64,000 nt of DNA from Pseudomonadota bacterium (GTDB lineage: Bacteria; Pseudomonadota; Gammaproteobacteria; Xanthomonadales; Xanthomonadaceae), in contig JAKQKT010000370.1 in NCBI GenBank assembly GCA_029560515.1, positions 98 through 64,097 of the forward strand, given 5' to 3'. The position numbers and the translations under genes were made by a program. The notes beneath the pieces are model-generated. The model worked only from the letters and a program-made list of their open reading frames with translations. It was not told where the DNA came from and searched no databases. Shown in pieces: positions 30,263-40,311 of this stretch (the first letter of the stretch is position 1; each line of letters starts with the position of its first letter).

Positions 30263-31248
30263 AACTCAATTCCGCCGACGCCGAACTCCTGTCGCAGGCC
30301 GTACATGCCTTGCAGCACGGCGATGTGATCGGCCTGCCGACCGAAACCGTCTACGGGCTTGCCGCCGATGCAATGAATGTGGTGGCGGTGCGAAAAATAT
30401 TTGCCTTGAAAGGACGCCCGGTCGATCATCCGCTGATCGTGCATATTGCCGACAGTTCGCAACTATCCAGATGGGCTATCGATATTCCCGAAGAAGCCTA
30501 TGTGCTTGCCCAGCATTTCTGGCCCGGACCACTGACGATGATTCTTCGCAAGCAGGCAATGGTTCCCGATGAAGTCACCGGCGGACAAGACACCGTTGGC
30601 GTGCGTTGCCCCGCGCATCCGCTGGCACTGGTTTTATTGCAGCAATTCAATGGCGGCGTTGCCGCACCGTCGGCAAATCGATTCGGTCGTATTTCACCGA
30701 CGTCGGCACAGCATGTGCGTGATGAGTTTGGCGATGCAGTACCGGTCGTTCTCGATGGCGGCGAATGCGAAGTCGGCATCGAAAGCACGATTATCGATTT
30801 GAGTTCGAAGCAACCACGGCTGCTGCGCCCGGGCATGATTTCACAGGATGATATCGAAGCCGTGATCGGACCCATTGGTTCGAATGCGGACCGTCAAAGT
30901 CCACGCGTTTCCGGAAGTCTGGCGGCCCATTACGCTCCACGCACACCGATGCAAATGCTGCCACGCCATGAATTGATGCTTGAATATCTTCGCCGTAAAC
31001 AAGAAGGCATGCGTTGCGAAGTGCTTTGTCTCGACGAATTACCGGATGGCTTGAATGGCCTGAGCTTGAGCAATGATCATCATGCCTACGCGCATGGCTT
31101 GTATGCCGCCATGCGCGAGCTGGATGCCCGCCATGCCGATCTGTTATTGATTGAACAGATTCCGCAAACGAGCGATTGGCTGGCGGTTAACGACCGACTC
31201 GGTCGTGCGTTGGTCGGCGCCGGAGTTGAGGATCTGGAATCCACCTGA
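30259..31248 (+). CDS. sua5: L-threonylcarbamoyladenylate synthase (Sua5-type)
   Basis: PTETVYGLAA, KGRPVDHPLIVH, WPGPLT, APSANRFG, GIESTI, HYAP linker plus SUA5 C-terminal domain. Confidence 0.93.
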   Translation: MKLNSADAELLSQAVHALQHGDVIGLPTETVYGLAADAMNVVAVRKIFALKGRPVDHPLIVHIADSSQLSRWAIDIPEEAYVLAQHFWPGPLTMILRKQAMVPDEVTGGQDTVGVRCPAHPLALVLLQQFNGGVAAPSANRFGRISPTSAQHVRDEFGDAVPVVLDGGECEVGIESTIIDLSSKQPRLLRPGMISQDDIEAVIGPIGSNADRQSPRVSGSLAAHYAPRTPMQMLPRHELMLEYLRRKQEGMRCEVLCLDELPDGLNGLSLSNDHHAYAHGLYAAMRELDARHADLLLIEQIPQTSDWLAVNDRLGRALVGAGVEDLEST

Positions 31249-31274
31249 TCGCAGGGTTGTGCGCGGACGACGTT

Positions 31275-32672
31275 TCAAATCAGGCCTGTTGCGTAATACA
31301 CGCCGATCACCACAAATACGGCGAGCGTTTTGATCACGGTAATCGCGAAAATATCCTTGTAGCTTTGGCGATGGCTTAAACCGGTGACCGCGAGCAAGGT
31401 GATCACGGCACCGTTATGCGGCAAGGTGTCCATGCCACCCGAAGCCATCGCCGCGACCCGATGCAAAACTTCCATTGAAATGCCGGCAGCATTTGCATTC
31501 GCGATAAATGTCTCCGCCATCGCCGCCAATGCAATGCTCATACCACCCGATGCCGAGCCTGTAATGCCGGCGAGTGCGGTCACTGTCACCGCTTCGTTGA
31601 CGAGTGGATTGGGTATCGACTTCAGGACATTCGCTACCACCAGAAATCCTGGTAGCGCCGCGATCACTGCCCCAAAACCATATTCCGATGCCGTGTTCAT
31701 CGAGGCCAGCAAGGCCCCCCCAATCGCAGGTTTGGTACTTTCGGCAAACTGGCTGGCGATATTTTTCCAGGCAAAAACAAGTACGCAGACGATACCGATC
31801 AACAGCGCACCTTCCACCGCCCAAATGGCGGCCACTTTCGAAATTTCCTGCACTACCGGCGCTGCATTGCCGATTACCGCAGGCACGAATTCATGCTGGC
31901 TACCGTAATGCTGCGGTATCAATATGCCCAGTACCTTGTTTGCCACGCCAACCAGCACCAAAGGCAATAATGCAATCAGGGGATGAGTGAGTTTTTCTCC
32001 TGCGAATGCCAAAGGTTCGTTGACCAATTCATTGCCATAGCCTTCTCCGGCTTTCAATGCCGCACGTCGCCGCCATTCCAGGTAGCTCATGCCGGCGGCA
32101 AGAATGAAAACACCGCCGATCACGCCCAGCCAGGGCGCGGCCCAGGCATCGGTACCGAAAAACGAGGACGGAATAATATTTTGTATCTGCGGCGTTCCCG
32201 GCAGCGAGTCCATGGTGAAAGTAAAAGCGCCAAGAGCGATCGTCCCGGGGATGAGACGTTTGGGGATATCACTCTGGCGAAAAAGTTCGGCGGCAAACGG
32301 GTATACCGCAAACACGACGACGAAAAGCGAAACGCCGCCATAGGTGAGCAGGGCGCAAACCGTCACGATCGACAGCATGGCGCGTTGCTTGCCGAACAGG
32401 CGGATCGTGGCAATGACGATCGATTTCGAGAATCCGGAAATCTCGATCAGCTTGCCGAAAATCGCACCAAGCAGGAATACCGGAAAATACAGTTTCAGAA
32501 AGCCGACCATCTTTTCCATGAACAGGCCGGTAAACATCGGAGCCACCAGCGTCGGGTCAGTCAGCAGAACGGCAGCCAGTGCGGCTATCGGCGCAAAAAT
32601 TATCACGCTGTAACCGCGATAGGCGACAAGCATGAGAAAGCACAGCGCGGCAAGCACAACAAGAAATGCCAT
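31275..32672 (-). CDS. GntP-family permease, probable D-3-hydroxybutyrate permease
   Basis: Multi-TM; LTYGGVSLFVVVF, LPGTPQIQN, ITGSASGG, DTLPHNGA. Substrate inferred from the neighbouring bdhA and PHB genes. Confidence 0.85.
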   Translation of the reverse strand: MAFLVVLAALCFLMLVAYRGYSVIIFAPIAALAAVLLTDPTLVAPMFTGLFMEKMVGFLKLYFPVFLLGAIFGKLIEISGFSKSIVIATIRLFGKQRAMLSIVTVCALLTYGGVSLFVVVFAVYPFAAELFRQSDIPKRLIPGTIALGAFTFTMDSLPGTPQIQNIIPSSFFGTDAWAAPWLGVIGGVFILAAGMSYLEWRRRAALKAGEGYGNELVNEPLAFAGEKLTHPLIALLPLVLVGVANKVLGILIPQHYGSQHEFVPAVIGNAAPVVQEISKVAAIWAVEGALLIGIVCVLVFAWKNIASQFAESTKPAIGGALLASMNTASEYGFGAVIAALPGFLVVANVLKSIPNPLVNEAVTVTALAGITGSASGGMSIALAAMAETFIANANAAGISMEVLHRVAAMASGGMDTLPHNGAVITLLAVTGLSHRQSYKDIFAITVIKTLAVFVVIGVYYATGLI

Positions 32673-32731
32673 AAATCAAACCCCTGGATATCAGGCTGGC
32701 AGTCTAGGCAATGCGCACACACGTGGCCCAC

Positions 32732-32745
32732 TGTACTAAGGTACA
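32732..32745. promoter_or_regulatory. Palindromic operator TGTAC-TAAG-GTACA (candidate CrbR-like activator site)
   Basis: Palindromic half-sites centred between -10-like hexamers TAGTCT (+, 32770-32775) and TAGACT (-, 32706-32701). Confidence 0.7.
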
Positions 32746-32832
32746 AGTGTTGGCCAAGCACATCGCGCCTAGTCTGCACGACATTCGGCATTCCGCCGTG
32801 ATTCGCATACGCTTTGCAGAAAGGGGAGATAA

Positions 32833-35088
32833 ATGATTCGTAATCGCTTAAGCCTGGCCATCGGCCTGACCTTGTTCATTGGCGCCGCACACGTGCAGGC
32901 ACAGGATGCTGGCGAGACCGCCAAGACCGAAAAGAAAGACGAGGCCGCCACGCTGGATTCCATTGAAGTTACCGCGCGCCGCCGCACCGAATCGTTGCAG
33001 AAAGTCCCAGTTGCGGTTACCGCTTTTACGGAAGACGGTTTGCGCGAATTGCAGGCCAGCAACATCGATGGTCTGCAAGGCGCCGTGCCAAATTTGAATA
33101 TCGTGCAGGGTCGTGGTTCGTCGAACAGCGTCAATGCTTTCATCCGCGGCATCGGCCAGCCGGATGCATTGCAAACCTTCGACCCCGGCGTCGGCATGTA
33201 TGTGGATGATGTTTATTATTCGCGCATCAATGGCGCGATGTTTTCGCTGTTCGATGTTTCACGCGTCGAAGTTCTGCGCGGTCCGCAAGGCACGCTGTAC
33301 GGAAAAAACTCCACAGGCGGCGCGATCAAGGTGATCACCAAGGATCCGGGCGACGCTACCGAAGGCGCGGTCGAAATTACGGCCGGTGACTATGATCGTG
33401 CCGAAGGTCGTTTCTTTATCACCACGCCTATGTCGGACAAGGCTTCGATTAGTCTGGCAGCGGCGAAAATTACTCGCGATGGATATATCAACGACCCCGT
33501 CACCAACAAGGATTACAACGACGAAGACACCGAGGCGGCCCGCATCAAGCTGGCATTGCACCCCTCCGATGATTTTTCTGCCGTGTTTTCTGTCGACTAC
33601 ACGCATCAAGACAATGCACTGACACTTGGCCGCCCTACCGCCCCCCTGGTACGGACGGATTTCGCGCTCGGTGCAGTCACCCTGCTGACTCCGCCGCTCG
33701 GCGATTACAACTATCAGTCACGTACTTCCTTTGGCAGCGACAAAGGTCAGCAAATGACGCATTGGGGTGCTGCGGGTACCTTGTCATGGAATGTCACGCC
33801 GGAATGGCTGATCAAGAGCATCAGCTCGTATCGCGAACTGGAAACCGCGTCGTTCATCGACATCGATGCATCGCAATTCGAACTCGGTGATGTGTTTGTC
33901 GGACTGAACCAGCACCAATTCAGCCAGGAACTTCAATTCCAATACGACAACGACAGTAATTTCCAGGCGACTTACGGTCTTTATTATCTGCAGGAAAAAG
34001 TGCCTTCGCACCAGGAAGCCTATGCGGACGACCTGATCTCTTTCTTCGGGGCACCGGTCAGCTTCCTGCGCACGATCGACGATGATTTGCAGACTACCAG
34101 CGAGGCGGCTTTCGCCCACATCAACTGGGAGCTAAGCCAAGGCTGGATCTTGTCGGCAGGCATTCGCTATACCCGCGAGACGAAGGATTATGATCGTTCG
34201 ACCTCGACTTTCTGGGGCCCACCACTCGGTGCATTCAGCGGCACCTTTGCTTTCACCGCAAAAGATTCATGGACGGCAATAACGCCTTCTTTCAGCCTGA
34301 AAAAAGAATTCAGCGACAAGACCATGGCCTATTTCTCCGCCAACCGCGGGTTCAAATCCGGCGGCTTCAATGGCCGTGCAAACTCGCCGGGTGAAGTCAG
34401 CAGCTTCGATCCCGAATTTGTCTGGACTTACGAATTGGGTTTGAAGACGCAGTCGGAAGATGGTCGTTTTCAGGGCAATGCGGCGGTGTTCCACAGCGAC
34501 TACCGCGATTTCCAGGCCCGCGTCTCCGAGGTGACCAATCCCGGAGCACCCATTCCGAATTTCACTTTCCCCGTTCTGAATGCCGGCAAGCTGGCGATCA
34601 ACGGCATCGAATTTGAAGGCGTGGCACTGGTCGGCGACAACACGCGTTTCACGGCACAGGCGGCCTGGCTGGATGCAAGTTACGAGGAATTTATCGATCC
34701 GCGTGTCGTGCTGAATCCCGCACTGGCCAGTCTGCACGAGCATGTTCCCTTTTCACCGGAATTTACCGCGCGTCTTGCCGCCACCCACAGTTTCAATCTG
34801 GCAAGTGGCTCCATGCTCACACTTGGCGGCGATTTATCGTATCGCTCGGAAACCTGGCTCAGCGTAGATAACCGTCCGGAACTCCGGCAAGGTGCCTACA
34901 CATTGGCAGGCCTGTTCGGCACCTATGATTCGGCCGATCGTAACTGGCAAATTCGTGCGGGTGTCCGCAATCTGACCAATACCGAATACAAGACCGATGC
35001 GCAGGAATTCTCCAGCGTTGGCAATATCCAGACGGTCTACTACGGCATGCCACGCAACTGGTACGCATCGTTCCGTTACAATTTCTGA
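32833..35088 (+). CDS. TonB-dependent receptor
   Basis: Signal peptide, TonB box DSIEVTARRR, plug RVEVLRGPQGTLYGKN, GFKSGGFN, terminal RYNF. Confidence 0.95.
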   Translation: MIRNRLSLAIGLTLFIGAAHVQAQDAGETAKTEKKDEAATLDSIEVTARRRTESLQKVPVAVTAFTEDGLRELQASNIDGLQGAVPNLNIVQGRGSSNSVNAFIRGIGQPDALQTFDPGVGMYVDDVYYSRINGAMFSLFDVSRVEVLRGPQGTLYGKNSTGGAIKVITKDPGDATEGAVEITAGDYDRAEGRFFITTPMSDKASISLAAAKITRDGYINDPVTNKDYNDEDTEAARIKLALHPSDDFSAVFSVDYTHQDNALTLGRPTAPLVRTDFALGAVTLLTPPLGDYNYQSRTSFGSDKGQQMTHWGAAGTLSWNVTPEWLIKSISSYRELETASFIDIDASQFELGDVFVGLNQHQFSQELQFQYDNDSNFQATYGLYYLQEKVPSHQEAYADDLISFFGAPVSFLRTIDDDLQTTSEAAFAHINWELSQGWILSAGIRYTRETKDYDRSTSTFWGPPLGAFSGTFAFTAKDSWTAITPSFSLKKEFSDKTMAYFSANRGFKSGGFNGRANSPGEVSSFDPEFVWTYELGLKTQSEDGRFQGNAAVFHSDYRDFQARVSEVTNPGAPIPNFTFPVLNAGKLAINGIEFEGVALVGDNTRFTAQAAWLDASYEEFIDPRVVLNPALASLHEHVPFSPEFTARLAATHSFNLASGSMLTLGGDLSYRSETWLSVDNRPELRQGAYTLAGLFGTYDSADRNWQIRAGVRNLTNTEYKTDAQEFSSVGNIQTVYYGMPRNWYASFRYNF

Positions 35089-35098
35089 TCTGAACAAC

Positions 35099-36166
35099 AT
35101 GATCAACAAACGTATTTTCTTCAAGCATGGGGCCGCGAAAGCGGCCCTGTGTTTATTGGTGCTGACGACATGCCTCGGTCTTGCTGCCTGCCATCAAGAT
35201 CACGAGGCCGCTTCATTGCCGCGCATGAAGATTGATAAACATCGAATCGCGGTCACCGGCATTTCGTCCGGCGCCTACATGGCAACGCAAGCTCATCTGG
35301 CTTTTTCAGATCATCTCATTGGTGCCGCGATGTTGGCGGGCGGACCCTATGGTTGCGCACAGGCCTCACTGGATACGGCATTGGGTCCTTGCATGATCGC
35401 AACACCATCGCCGCCCGATGCACAAATGCTGGCGACAAACGCATCGGCACGAATGGCCAATGGCGAACTCGCGCCGAAAAGCGGACTTGCCGGTGATCAC
35501 GTACTCCTGCTCCACGGCACTCAGGACATCACGGTTGTCGAAGATACCAGCCATGCATCGGCAGATTTTTACCAGGCATTGAAAGGCGATCCTGCAGCGA
35601 CCGGATTGACAATATCCTGGGATGCAAAGCGAAATTTCAACCACACCTTTCCCACGCTCGCCACCGGCAGTGATTGCGGAAAAAGTGAAACTCCCTATCT
35701 GGGCAATTGCGGTTTCGATGCGGCGGGTTACATCGTGCAGCAACTGTTCGGCATTCCGTCAGCCATTGATCCACCGTCTGCTACCGGCGAACTTCGCCGC
35801 TTCAACCAGGACCTGTATTTGCCGGACGGCAAAGATGCCTTTCTCGATGATGCCGGTTATGCGTATCTGCCAAAAAAATGCCTGCAGGGAAAAAGCTGCG
35901 GCTTGCTGATCGCGTTTCATGGTTGCCTGCAAAATACTGCCGCCATCGGCGAGGTTTTCGTGCGTGATGCCGGTTTCAATCGCTGGGCCGATGCGGCTGA
36001 TGTGATCGTGCTGTATCCTCAAACACGTTCGACTTATTTACCTTTGAATCCGAAAGCATGTTGGGACTGGTGGGGATATTCCGGCGCCGAATACGATACC
36101 CGCAAGGGTGTGCAGTTGCGCTGGCTGGCAAAAGCGACTGCCGCGCTGGGTGCGCCGCTGGAATGA
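35099..36166 (+). CDS. PHB depolymerase family esterase, predicted lipoprotein, catalytic domain only
   Basis: Lipobox LAAC; early lipase box VTGISSGAYMA, AGGPYGCA, HGTQD, FHGCLQ, VLYPQ, NPKACWDWWGY, matching type-2 catalytic domain scl-PHB depolymerases. Confidence 0.85.
   Translation: MINKRIFFKHGAAKAALCLLVLTTCLGLAACHQDHEAASLPRMKIDKHRIAVTGISSGAYMATQAHLAFSDHLIGAAMLAGGPYGCAQASLDTALGPCMIATPSPPDAQMLATNASARMANGELAPKSGLAGDHVLLLHGTQDITVVEDTSHASADFYQALKGDPAATGLTISWDAKRNFNHTFPTLATGSDCGKSETPYLGNCGFDAAGYIVQQLFGIPSAIDPPSATGELRRFNQDLYLPDGKDAFLDDAGYAYLPKKCLQGKSCGLLIAFHGCLQNTAAIGEVFVRDAGFNRWADAADVIVLYPQTRSTYLPLNPKACWDWWGYSGAEYDTRKGVQLRWLAKATAALGAPLE
35130..35156 (+). terminator. Terminator-like/stabilising hairpin after the TBDR, inside the depolymerase signal-peptide codons
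   Basis: GGGCCGC-GAAA-GCGGCCC followed by TGTGTTT. Confidence 0.55.
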
Positions 36167-36191
36167 GTGCGGGCGACATCGGAATCCTTTC

Positions 36192-39100
36192 ATGCTGACC
36201 GATGTTTTCGTTGTTGTTGCCGGTTTGCTCTGGCTGGGCATGTTATTCGGCACCGCACTCTGGGCCGAAAAAAAACCGGCCCTGCTGGCCACGCGCTGGC
36301 CCTGGGTTTACAGCCTTTCGCTCGCGGTGTACTGCACCTCCTGGACGTTTTACGGCACGGTAACGCAGGCGCAGAGATCGGGCTGGCCGATACCGCCGAC
36401 TTTCATCGGCAGCATTCTGCTTTACGCTTTCGCGTTTCCGGTAGTGCTCAAATTATTCCATCTGGCGCGCGAGCAAAATTCGACTTCCATTGCGGATTTG
36501 ATTGCGACAAGACTCGGCAGGAGTTCATGGCTCGCTGCCGCCGTGACTTTTGTTGCCGTGATCGGAATGGTTCCCTACATCGCCCTGCAGCTGAAGGCCG
36601 TTGCGATGAGTTACGGCATGCTGACACGCGCCTCGCAACTGACACCTCCGCCCTGGCAGGACAGTGCACTTTACGTCGCATTGGCGATGGCCTTGTTCGC
36701 GATGCTGTTCGGCACGCGGCGTGCATCGGCAGCCGAACAAAATCGTGGCCTGGTGCTTGCGATGGCACTCGAATCCCTGCTGAAACTCGGTGCGATGCTG
36801 GCCCTCGGCGCCTTTGTCTGGTTCGGACTGGATCTGCCATCAACAACATTGCCAATACCGAATGTGGATGGCGCCAGCGGCTTTCCGGCCTTGATCGGTC
36901 TGGGCGCATTGGCGATGTTTACCTTGCCGCATCAATTCCATGTCGGCGTTGTCGAATGTCGCGACCCGTCGCAATTGCGTACCGCACGCTGGTTGTTTCC
37001 ACTCTACATGCTGCTAATTGCATTGCCGATCCTGCCGCTCGCACGCGCCGGCGACGCCCTGCTCGCACCGCAGGGGGTGCCCTCGGATTTGTATGTGCTT
37101 GCTCTGCCGCTGTCGCAAGGCAACGAAGCACTTGCCTTGTTCGCCTTTCTCGGGGGCTTGAGTGCCGCCACCGGCATGGTGATTATCTCCACACTTGCCT
37201 TGAGTGTGATGATCGGCAATCACTGGCTGACACCCTTGCTGGTACGTGGAGCGTGGACGCAACGTAGCGGTGGCGATTTGCGCGGCGCCGTGCTGATGCA
37301 ACGTCGTGTCGGCATTCTGGCTGTCGTGTTATTGGCCTGGGCTTACAGCCGCGCGATTGCTGGTAACGATGCACTCGCCGATATCGGGGCTGTTTCTTTT
37401 TCGGGACTCGCGACACTGGCGCCAGCATTGGCATTTGCCATCTGGCGTCCGCAAACACCACCGCGCGCAGTCCTGATCGGTCTGCTTGGAGCTGTACTAA
37501 TCTGGGCCTGGGCGTTACTGGTACCGGCATTGGTCGAAGCCGCCGGCCCCGCAAGCTGGTTGCAACAGGGTCCGTTCGGCCTGTCATGGTTGGCACCGGA
37601 TCAACTTGCCGGCTTGCAGGATTGGTCGCGACTGGGACGCGCCGTCGTGCTGAGTTTATTCACCGGCAGCGCACTAACCGCTCTGGCCTCATCATGGTTT
37701 TCACCGGAACCGGCGATCACGCACAGCGGTGAACTTTCCTATTCCGCATTGAAAGAAGTGGCATCGCGTTTTCTGCCCGCTGCACGCGTGCAAACGGTAC
37801 TGAGCGGCATGCCGGATGAAACTCCGACCTTGTCGCAACTGGAGCAACGCGTTGAACGCGAACTGGCCGCCGTAGTCGGTGCTGCTTCGGCACGCTTGTT
37901 GCTCAATGCCGCAAGGCGGGAACAGGGACAAGACCTTGATACCGTGGCCGCCATCGTCGGCGAGGCCTCTCAGGCATTGCGTTTCAACCAGCGCGTGCTC
38001 GAAGCCGCGCTGCAAAACATGTCGCAAGGCATCAGCGTGGTGGATTCGGAATTGCGCCTGGTTGCCTGGAATCGCCGCTACGCCGAACTGTTCGATTACC
38101 CGGAAAACCTGCTGCGGGTCGGCGTGCCCATCGCAGAACTGGTATCGCACAACATCGGCAGGGGCATGGCCGGCGATGGCAACACCCAAAGTGAAGTACA
38201 AAAACGCGTTTCGCATATGCTGGCAGGAACGCCTTATGTCGCTGAGCGGCGTTTTGGCGACAGCATGGTGGAGATTCGTGGCAACCCGATGCCGGGTGGC
38301 GGTTTCGTTGCCACCTTCACCGATGTCACCGACTACCGCCATGCCGAAACCGAACTCAAGCGCGTAGCCGAAACGCTCGAACAACGCGTCGTCGAACGTA
38401 CCGCCCAACTGGCCGGCGCGAAAGGCGAAGCCGAACGCGCCAATCGCGCGAAGACGCGCTTTCTTGCCGCTGTGAGCCACGATCTTGCACAGCCCTTGAA
38501 TGCCGCACATTTGTTTACGCATGCATTGGCACAAAAACTCGAACACGAACAATATCGCGGCGATGTCGGCAACATCGACGGCGCCCTGAATTCGGCCGAA
38601 AGCCTGCTGGCCGGCTTAATGGATATCTCCCGGCTCGATGCCGGCGGCATGGCACCGAAAATACAGCCCTTCTGCATTGATGATGTACTGCAACATCTTG
38701 CCGCCGAGTTCCGCGTTTTGGCACGGGAAAAAAACCTGGAGCTGCATTGCGTCCCATCGAGCGCCTGGGTCCGCAGCGATCCGCAATTGCTGCGCCGCGT
38801 GTTGCAGAATTTCCTTGCCAATGCCGTGCGCTATACCGAACACGGTCGTGTACTGCTGGGCTGCCGTCGACACGGCAATCATTTGCGAATCGAAGTTTGG
38901 GATACCGGACCTGGCATTGCCGAAAAAGACCAGACGCTGATCTTCGAGGAGTTTCGTCGCTTGAACCAGGGCGGTCAGGGCCTGGGGCTTGGGCTGTCGA
39001 TTGCCGAACGTATCGCAAATTTGCTCGGCCATAAAATCGGTTTGCGATCACGTGTTGGCTATGGCACCGTGTTTGCGCTGGATGTACCACGTATCGCTGC

Positions 39101-39518
39101 ACAACTCGTGCTTGCCGAACCTGCTCCGGTCAGCGGGCCTGAAGCACCGCATAGCCGTGTGCTGGTCGTGGACAATGATCCGGATGTGTTGCGTGCCATG
39201 CAGGTTCTGCTCAGTGGCTGGCGTTGCGAAGTATTGGCGGCCCGTACCGCAGACGAAGCAGAATTATTGGTGGAAACTTTGCCACCGGACCTGATGCTGC
39301 TGGATTATCATCTCGACGCGAACCTGACCGGACTGGTCTTGCGGCAACGCCTGACGGCACGCATCGGCGAACGCCCCACCGTCGTGATTACCGCCGATCA
39401 TAGCGAAGCGGTTCGCCAAGCCGTTGCGGCAAGTGGCTGCCAACTTTTGCACAAACCACTGAAGCCGCTGGCACTGAAATCGGTAATGAACCGATTGCTG
39501 ACCAGCCGGGACGACTGA
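36192..39518 (+). CDS. CrbS/MxtR-like hybrid sensor (SLC5 transporter-like domain, PAS, HisKA, HATPase, REC)
   Basis: VYSLSLAVYCTSWTFYG, PYIALQLKA, LPHQFHV, GGLSAATGM, PAS (LVAWN...PMPGGGFV), SHDLAQPL, VWDTGPGI, C-terminal receiver. Confidence 0.9.
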   Translation: MLTDVFVVVAGLLWLGMLFGTALWAEKKPALLATRWPWVYSLSLAVYCTSWTFYGTVTQAQRSGWPIPPTFIGSILLYAFAFPVVLKLFHLAREQNSTSIADLIATRLGRSSWLAAAVTFVAVIGMVPYIALQLKAVAMSYGMLTRASQLTPPPWQDSALYVALAMALFAMLFGTRRASAAEQNRGLVLAMALESLLKLGAMLALGAFVWFGLDLPSTTLPIPNVDGASGFPALIGLGALAMFTLPHQFHVGVVECRDPSQLRTARWLFPLYMLLIALPILPLARAGDALLAPQGVPSDLYVLALPLSQGNEALALFAFLGGLSAATGMVIISTLALSVMIGNHWLTPLLVRGAWTQRSGGDLRGAVLMQRRVGILAVVLLAWAYSRAIAGNDALADIGAVSFSGLATLAPALAFAIWRPQTPPRAVLIGLLGAVLIWAWALLVPALVEAAGPASWLQQGPFGLSWLAPDQLAGLQDWSRLGRAVVLSLFTGSALTALASSWFSPEPAITHSGELSYSALKEVASRFLPAARVQTVLSGMPDETPTLSQLEQRVERELAAVVGAASARLLLNAARREQGQDLDTVAAIVGEASQALRFNQRVLEAALQNMSQGISVVDSELRLVAWNRRYAELFDYPENLLRVGVPIAELVSHNIGRGMAGDGNTQSEVQKRVSHMLAGTPYVAERRFGDSMVEIRGNPMPGGGFVATFTDVTDYRHAETELKRVAETLEQRVVERTAQLAGAKGEAERANRAKTRFLAAVSHDLAQPLNAAHLFTHALAQKLEHEQYRGDVGNIDGALNSAESLLAGLMDISRLDAGGMAPKIQPFCIDDVLQHLAAEFRVLAREKNLELHCVPSSAWVRSDPQLLRRVLQNFLANAVRYTEHGRVLLGCRRHGNHLRIEVWDTGPGIAEKDQTLIFEEFRRLNQGGQGLGLGLSIAERIANLLGHKIGLRSRVGYGTVFALDVPRIAAQLVLAEPAPVSGPEAPHSRVLVVDNDPDVLRAMQVLLSGWRCEVLAARTADEAELLVETLPPDLMLLDYHLDANLTGLVLRQRLTARIGERPTVVITADHSEAVRQAVAASGCQLLHKPLKPLALKSVMNRLLTSRDD

Positions 39519-39570
39519 TTTTTTGCTGTATTTTTTTCCTGTATCGATAACAGGTAATCAGGACGACAGC

Positions 39571-40242
39571 CTAACGGTCGTTTTCTATCTGGTGGCTTGG
39601 ATCATTCAACTCCAGCGTGCGTAGCAAAACCCCTGCCTGGGTTCGATTGCGCACACCGAGTTTTTCAAAGATGGCACTCATGTGAGCCTTGACCGTGCGC
39701 TCCTGGATGCCGAGATCATCGGCAATCTGCTTGTTCAAGCGGCCATTGGCCACATGCACCAGCACCTTGAATTGCTGTGGACTCAAAGACGCAAGCTTTG
39801 CGGCATTCGCGGTATCGGACACGGCGGCTTTCGTAGTCGATACCGTATCGCGCAGCTGCGGCGGCAGCCATTGTTCGCAGGCAAGTACGGCGCCGATTCC
39901 GGCCTGCAATTCGGCAAGATCGGCGCGCTTGGTCATATAACCGGAAGCACCGTAAGCGAGTGCGCGACGAATGGTTTGCGGATCTTCATGTGCCGAAATC
40001 ATCATCACGGCAACGCCGGGATGTTCGGCACGCAGCGATACCAGACCCATGAGCCCATGACTGCCTGGCATATGCAGATCCAGCAAGACCAGATCAGTAT
40101 CGGGATGCAATGAAAGCATATCTCGTGCCGCATCGAGATCATCGGCTTCATCCAGTATGGCATCGGCAATCACCCCTCGCACGGCCTGCATGAGTGCTTG
40201 CCGGTACAAGGGATGGTCATCGGCGATAAGTATTCTTGTCAT
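39571..40242 (-). CDS. NarL/LuxR-family response regulator, CrbR/ErdR-like
   Basis: IADDHPLY, LDLHMPGSHG, LSPQQFKVL...GRLNKQIA...TVKAHMSAI...NRTQA; convergent with the CrbS-like kinase. Confidence 0.9.
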   Translation of the reverse strand: MTRILIADDHPLYRQALMQAVRGVIADAILDEADDLDAARDMLSLHPDTDLVLLDLHMPGSHGLMGLVSLRAEHPGVAVMMISAHEDPQTIRRALAYGASGYMTKRADLAELQAGIGAVLACEQWLPPQLRDTVSTTKAAVSDTANAAKLASLSPQQFKVLVHVANGRLNKQIADDLGIQERTVKAHMSAIFEKLGVRNRTQAGVLLRTLELNDPSHQIENDR

Positions 40243-40311
40243 GCGTCGATGTTATGACATATGACGCGATAAATATTCATGCACGCGGCAAGTTCGCCAA
40301 GCCAATCACGC

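Noticed and set aside
36167-37267. 366-aa alternative-frame ORF
   Set aside because: Arg/Cys-rich off-frame translation inside the CrbS-like gene.
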